From assembly GCA_963676915.2 (NCBI GenBank), contig CAXXVK010000024.1:55530-119529 (forward strand): a DNA stretch of 64,000 nucleotides, written 5' to 3'. Shown here piece after piece: positions 62,206-64,000 of this stretch. How positions within the stretch are numbered: position 1 is the stretch's first letter; each line of letters opens with the position of its first letter. Origin of the DNA: Myxococcota bacterium. GTDB lineage: Bacteria; Myxococcota_A; SURF-8; G963663525. The notes below the pieces were generated by a model. That model was not told the DNA's origin, made no database searches, and saw nothing but the letters and a program-made list of their open reading frames with translations. The translations under genes and the position numbers were made by a program.

Positions 62206-64000
62206 ATGATCAAGCGCGTCTGGGAAAAGATATTCGGTACAGCAAACGATAGAAAACTCAAACAGATTCAACCGATTGTAGACGAAATCAACGGTTTGTC
62301 GGATCGCTATGAAGCGATGAGCGATAACGACCTGAAAGCCTGTACGGGCGATTTCCGCCAGCGTTTCGACAACGGCGAGCCGCTGGAATCGATCCTGCCC
62401 GAAGCTTTCGCCGTCACCCGTGAGGTTGCCTGGCGAACGTTGGGAATGCGCCATTACGACGTGCAGCTCGTGGGCGGCATCGTACTGTTTCGAGGGATGA
62501 TCTCCGAAATGAAGACCGGTGAAGGAAAAACGCTGGCCGCTACCTTGCCGATCTATCTGCACGGTCTGACCGGCAAAGGTGCACACCTCGTCACGGTCAA
62601 CGACTACCTCGCCAAACGTGACGCCGAGTGGATGGGGCGTATCTACCGTTTTCTGGGACTGAGCGTCGGAACCATCGTCCACGGGTTGACCAACGATCAA
62701 CGCCGCGAAGCCTACGCCGCCGACGTAACCTACGCCACAAACAACGAGTTGGGATTCGACTACCTGCGCGACAACATGAAATTCCGCCTCGAAGACTACG
62801 TGCAGCGCGAGTTGAACTTCTGCATCGTGGACGAAGTGGACTCGATCCTCATCGACGAAGCCCGCACCCCGTTGATCATTTCCGGCCAGTCCGAAATGTC
62901 CACGGATAAATACTACCGCGCCAACGAAGTGATTTCGAAGCTCGTGAAAAAAGGTTTCAGCGAAGGGCTGGAGATGGCCCGTCGCGCCGAAGAACAAGCC
63001 GCCGAAAACCCGGAAGTTTCCAAGGGATTGCGAGCACTGGCAAAATCCATCAAAGGAGATCAGAAAGACGACGACATCAGCGGCGACTATTACTGGTTCA
63101 CCATCGATGAAAAAAGCCGCAACGCCATTTTAACCGATTCGGGCGTGGAATGGGTACAGGAACGCATGGGTGTAGAAAAACCTGTACGATCCCGGCAGCA
63201 TGGACGTGTTGCACTCGGTCAACAAGGCAATTGTCGCTCATACATTATATCGCAAGGAAGTGGAATACATCCTGGAAGACAATCAGGTGGTAATCATCGA
63301 CGAGTTCACCGGACGAAAAATGCCCGGACGGCGCTGGTCGGACGGACTCCACCAGGCCATCGAAGCCAAAGAAGGCGTCAAGGTGCAGAATGAAAACCAG
63401 ACGCTGGCCTCGATTACCTTCCAGAACTTTTTCCGTATGTACAGTTCGTTGTCAGGCATGACCGGTACCGCCGAAACGGAAAAGAAAGAATTCATGCAAA
63501 TTTACGGCCTGGACGTCTCGGTGATCCCGACGAACCAGCCGATCCAGCGTATCGACCATCAGGACATGGTCTACAAAACGCCGATGGAAAAATACAATGC
63601 GGTGGTGCAGGAAATCATCGCCTGCCGCAAAAGAGGTCAGCCGGTTCTCGTGGGTACCGTAACGGTCGAAGTCTCCGAAATTCTTTCGAAATTGCTTAAC
63701 AAGCGCAAAATCCGACACAACGTGCTCAATGCAAAGTTCCACGAAAAAGAAGCCGAAGTCGTCGCCCAGGCGGGACGCAAAGGAGCGGTGACCATCGCCA
63801 CCAACATGGCCGGTCGTGGAACCGACATCGTGCTCGGTGGCAACCCGGAATTTCTGGCATGGCTGGAAGTCGGTACCGAGGCTCCGCTCGAAGAATTCCA
63901 GGAAGCATTCGAACGCATCAAAACCAAATGCGAGGCCGAAAAGCAGGAAGTGCTCGAAGCGGGTGGTCTGCACATTATCGGCACCGAGCGCCACGAATCG
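62206..64000 (+). CDS. secA: preprotein translocase subunit SecA (frameshift near 63180; runs off the window)
   Basis: [73 protein letters not shown]. Confidence 0.97.

Overview
Chromosomal window from a bacterium of moderate GC content. Gene content (acidic Cys-rich lipoproteins with ASH/vWA/FGE domains, System II cytochrome c biogenesis) suggests a Myxococcota/Desulfobacterota-like lineage, which is an inference. It is mostly housekeeping and metabolism: rpsT (truncated), an MMPL/RND exporter with divergent TetR, prs, P5C dehydrogenase, a GH4 glucosidase, alaS, rnr, cydAB, rpsB-tsf-pyrH, glgC, a MetE-like enzyme, pcm, resB/ccsA, methylmalonyl-CoA mutase, two radical SAM genes and secA (truncated). 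These are interspersed with surface lipoprotein genes. Frameshifts in prs, pruA, GH4, alaS, DUF6754, rnr and secA are most likely long-read indel errors. I saw no rRNA, tRNA, CRISPR array, transposase or reverse transcriptase. The most notable unannotated signals are: (i) a ~90-nt candidate sRNA with a near-consensus sigma70 promoter, C/U-rich segments and its own terminator (61706-61794, minus); (ii) two copies of a ~180-bp ERIC/MITE-like palindrome with covarying terminal repeats, plus several distinct REP/REPIN-like pairs; (iii) an RNase R apparently lacking both cold-shock domains; (iv) a set of lipoproteins sharing an acidic post-lipobox motif, including FGE/CLec paralogs (one with a low-GC tip), alongside a flavodoxin-FGE fusion and a TMTC-like glycosyltransferase; (v) candidate TetR and LexA-type operators.
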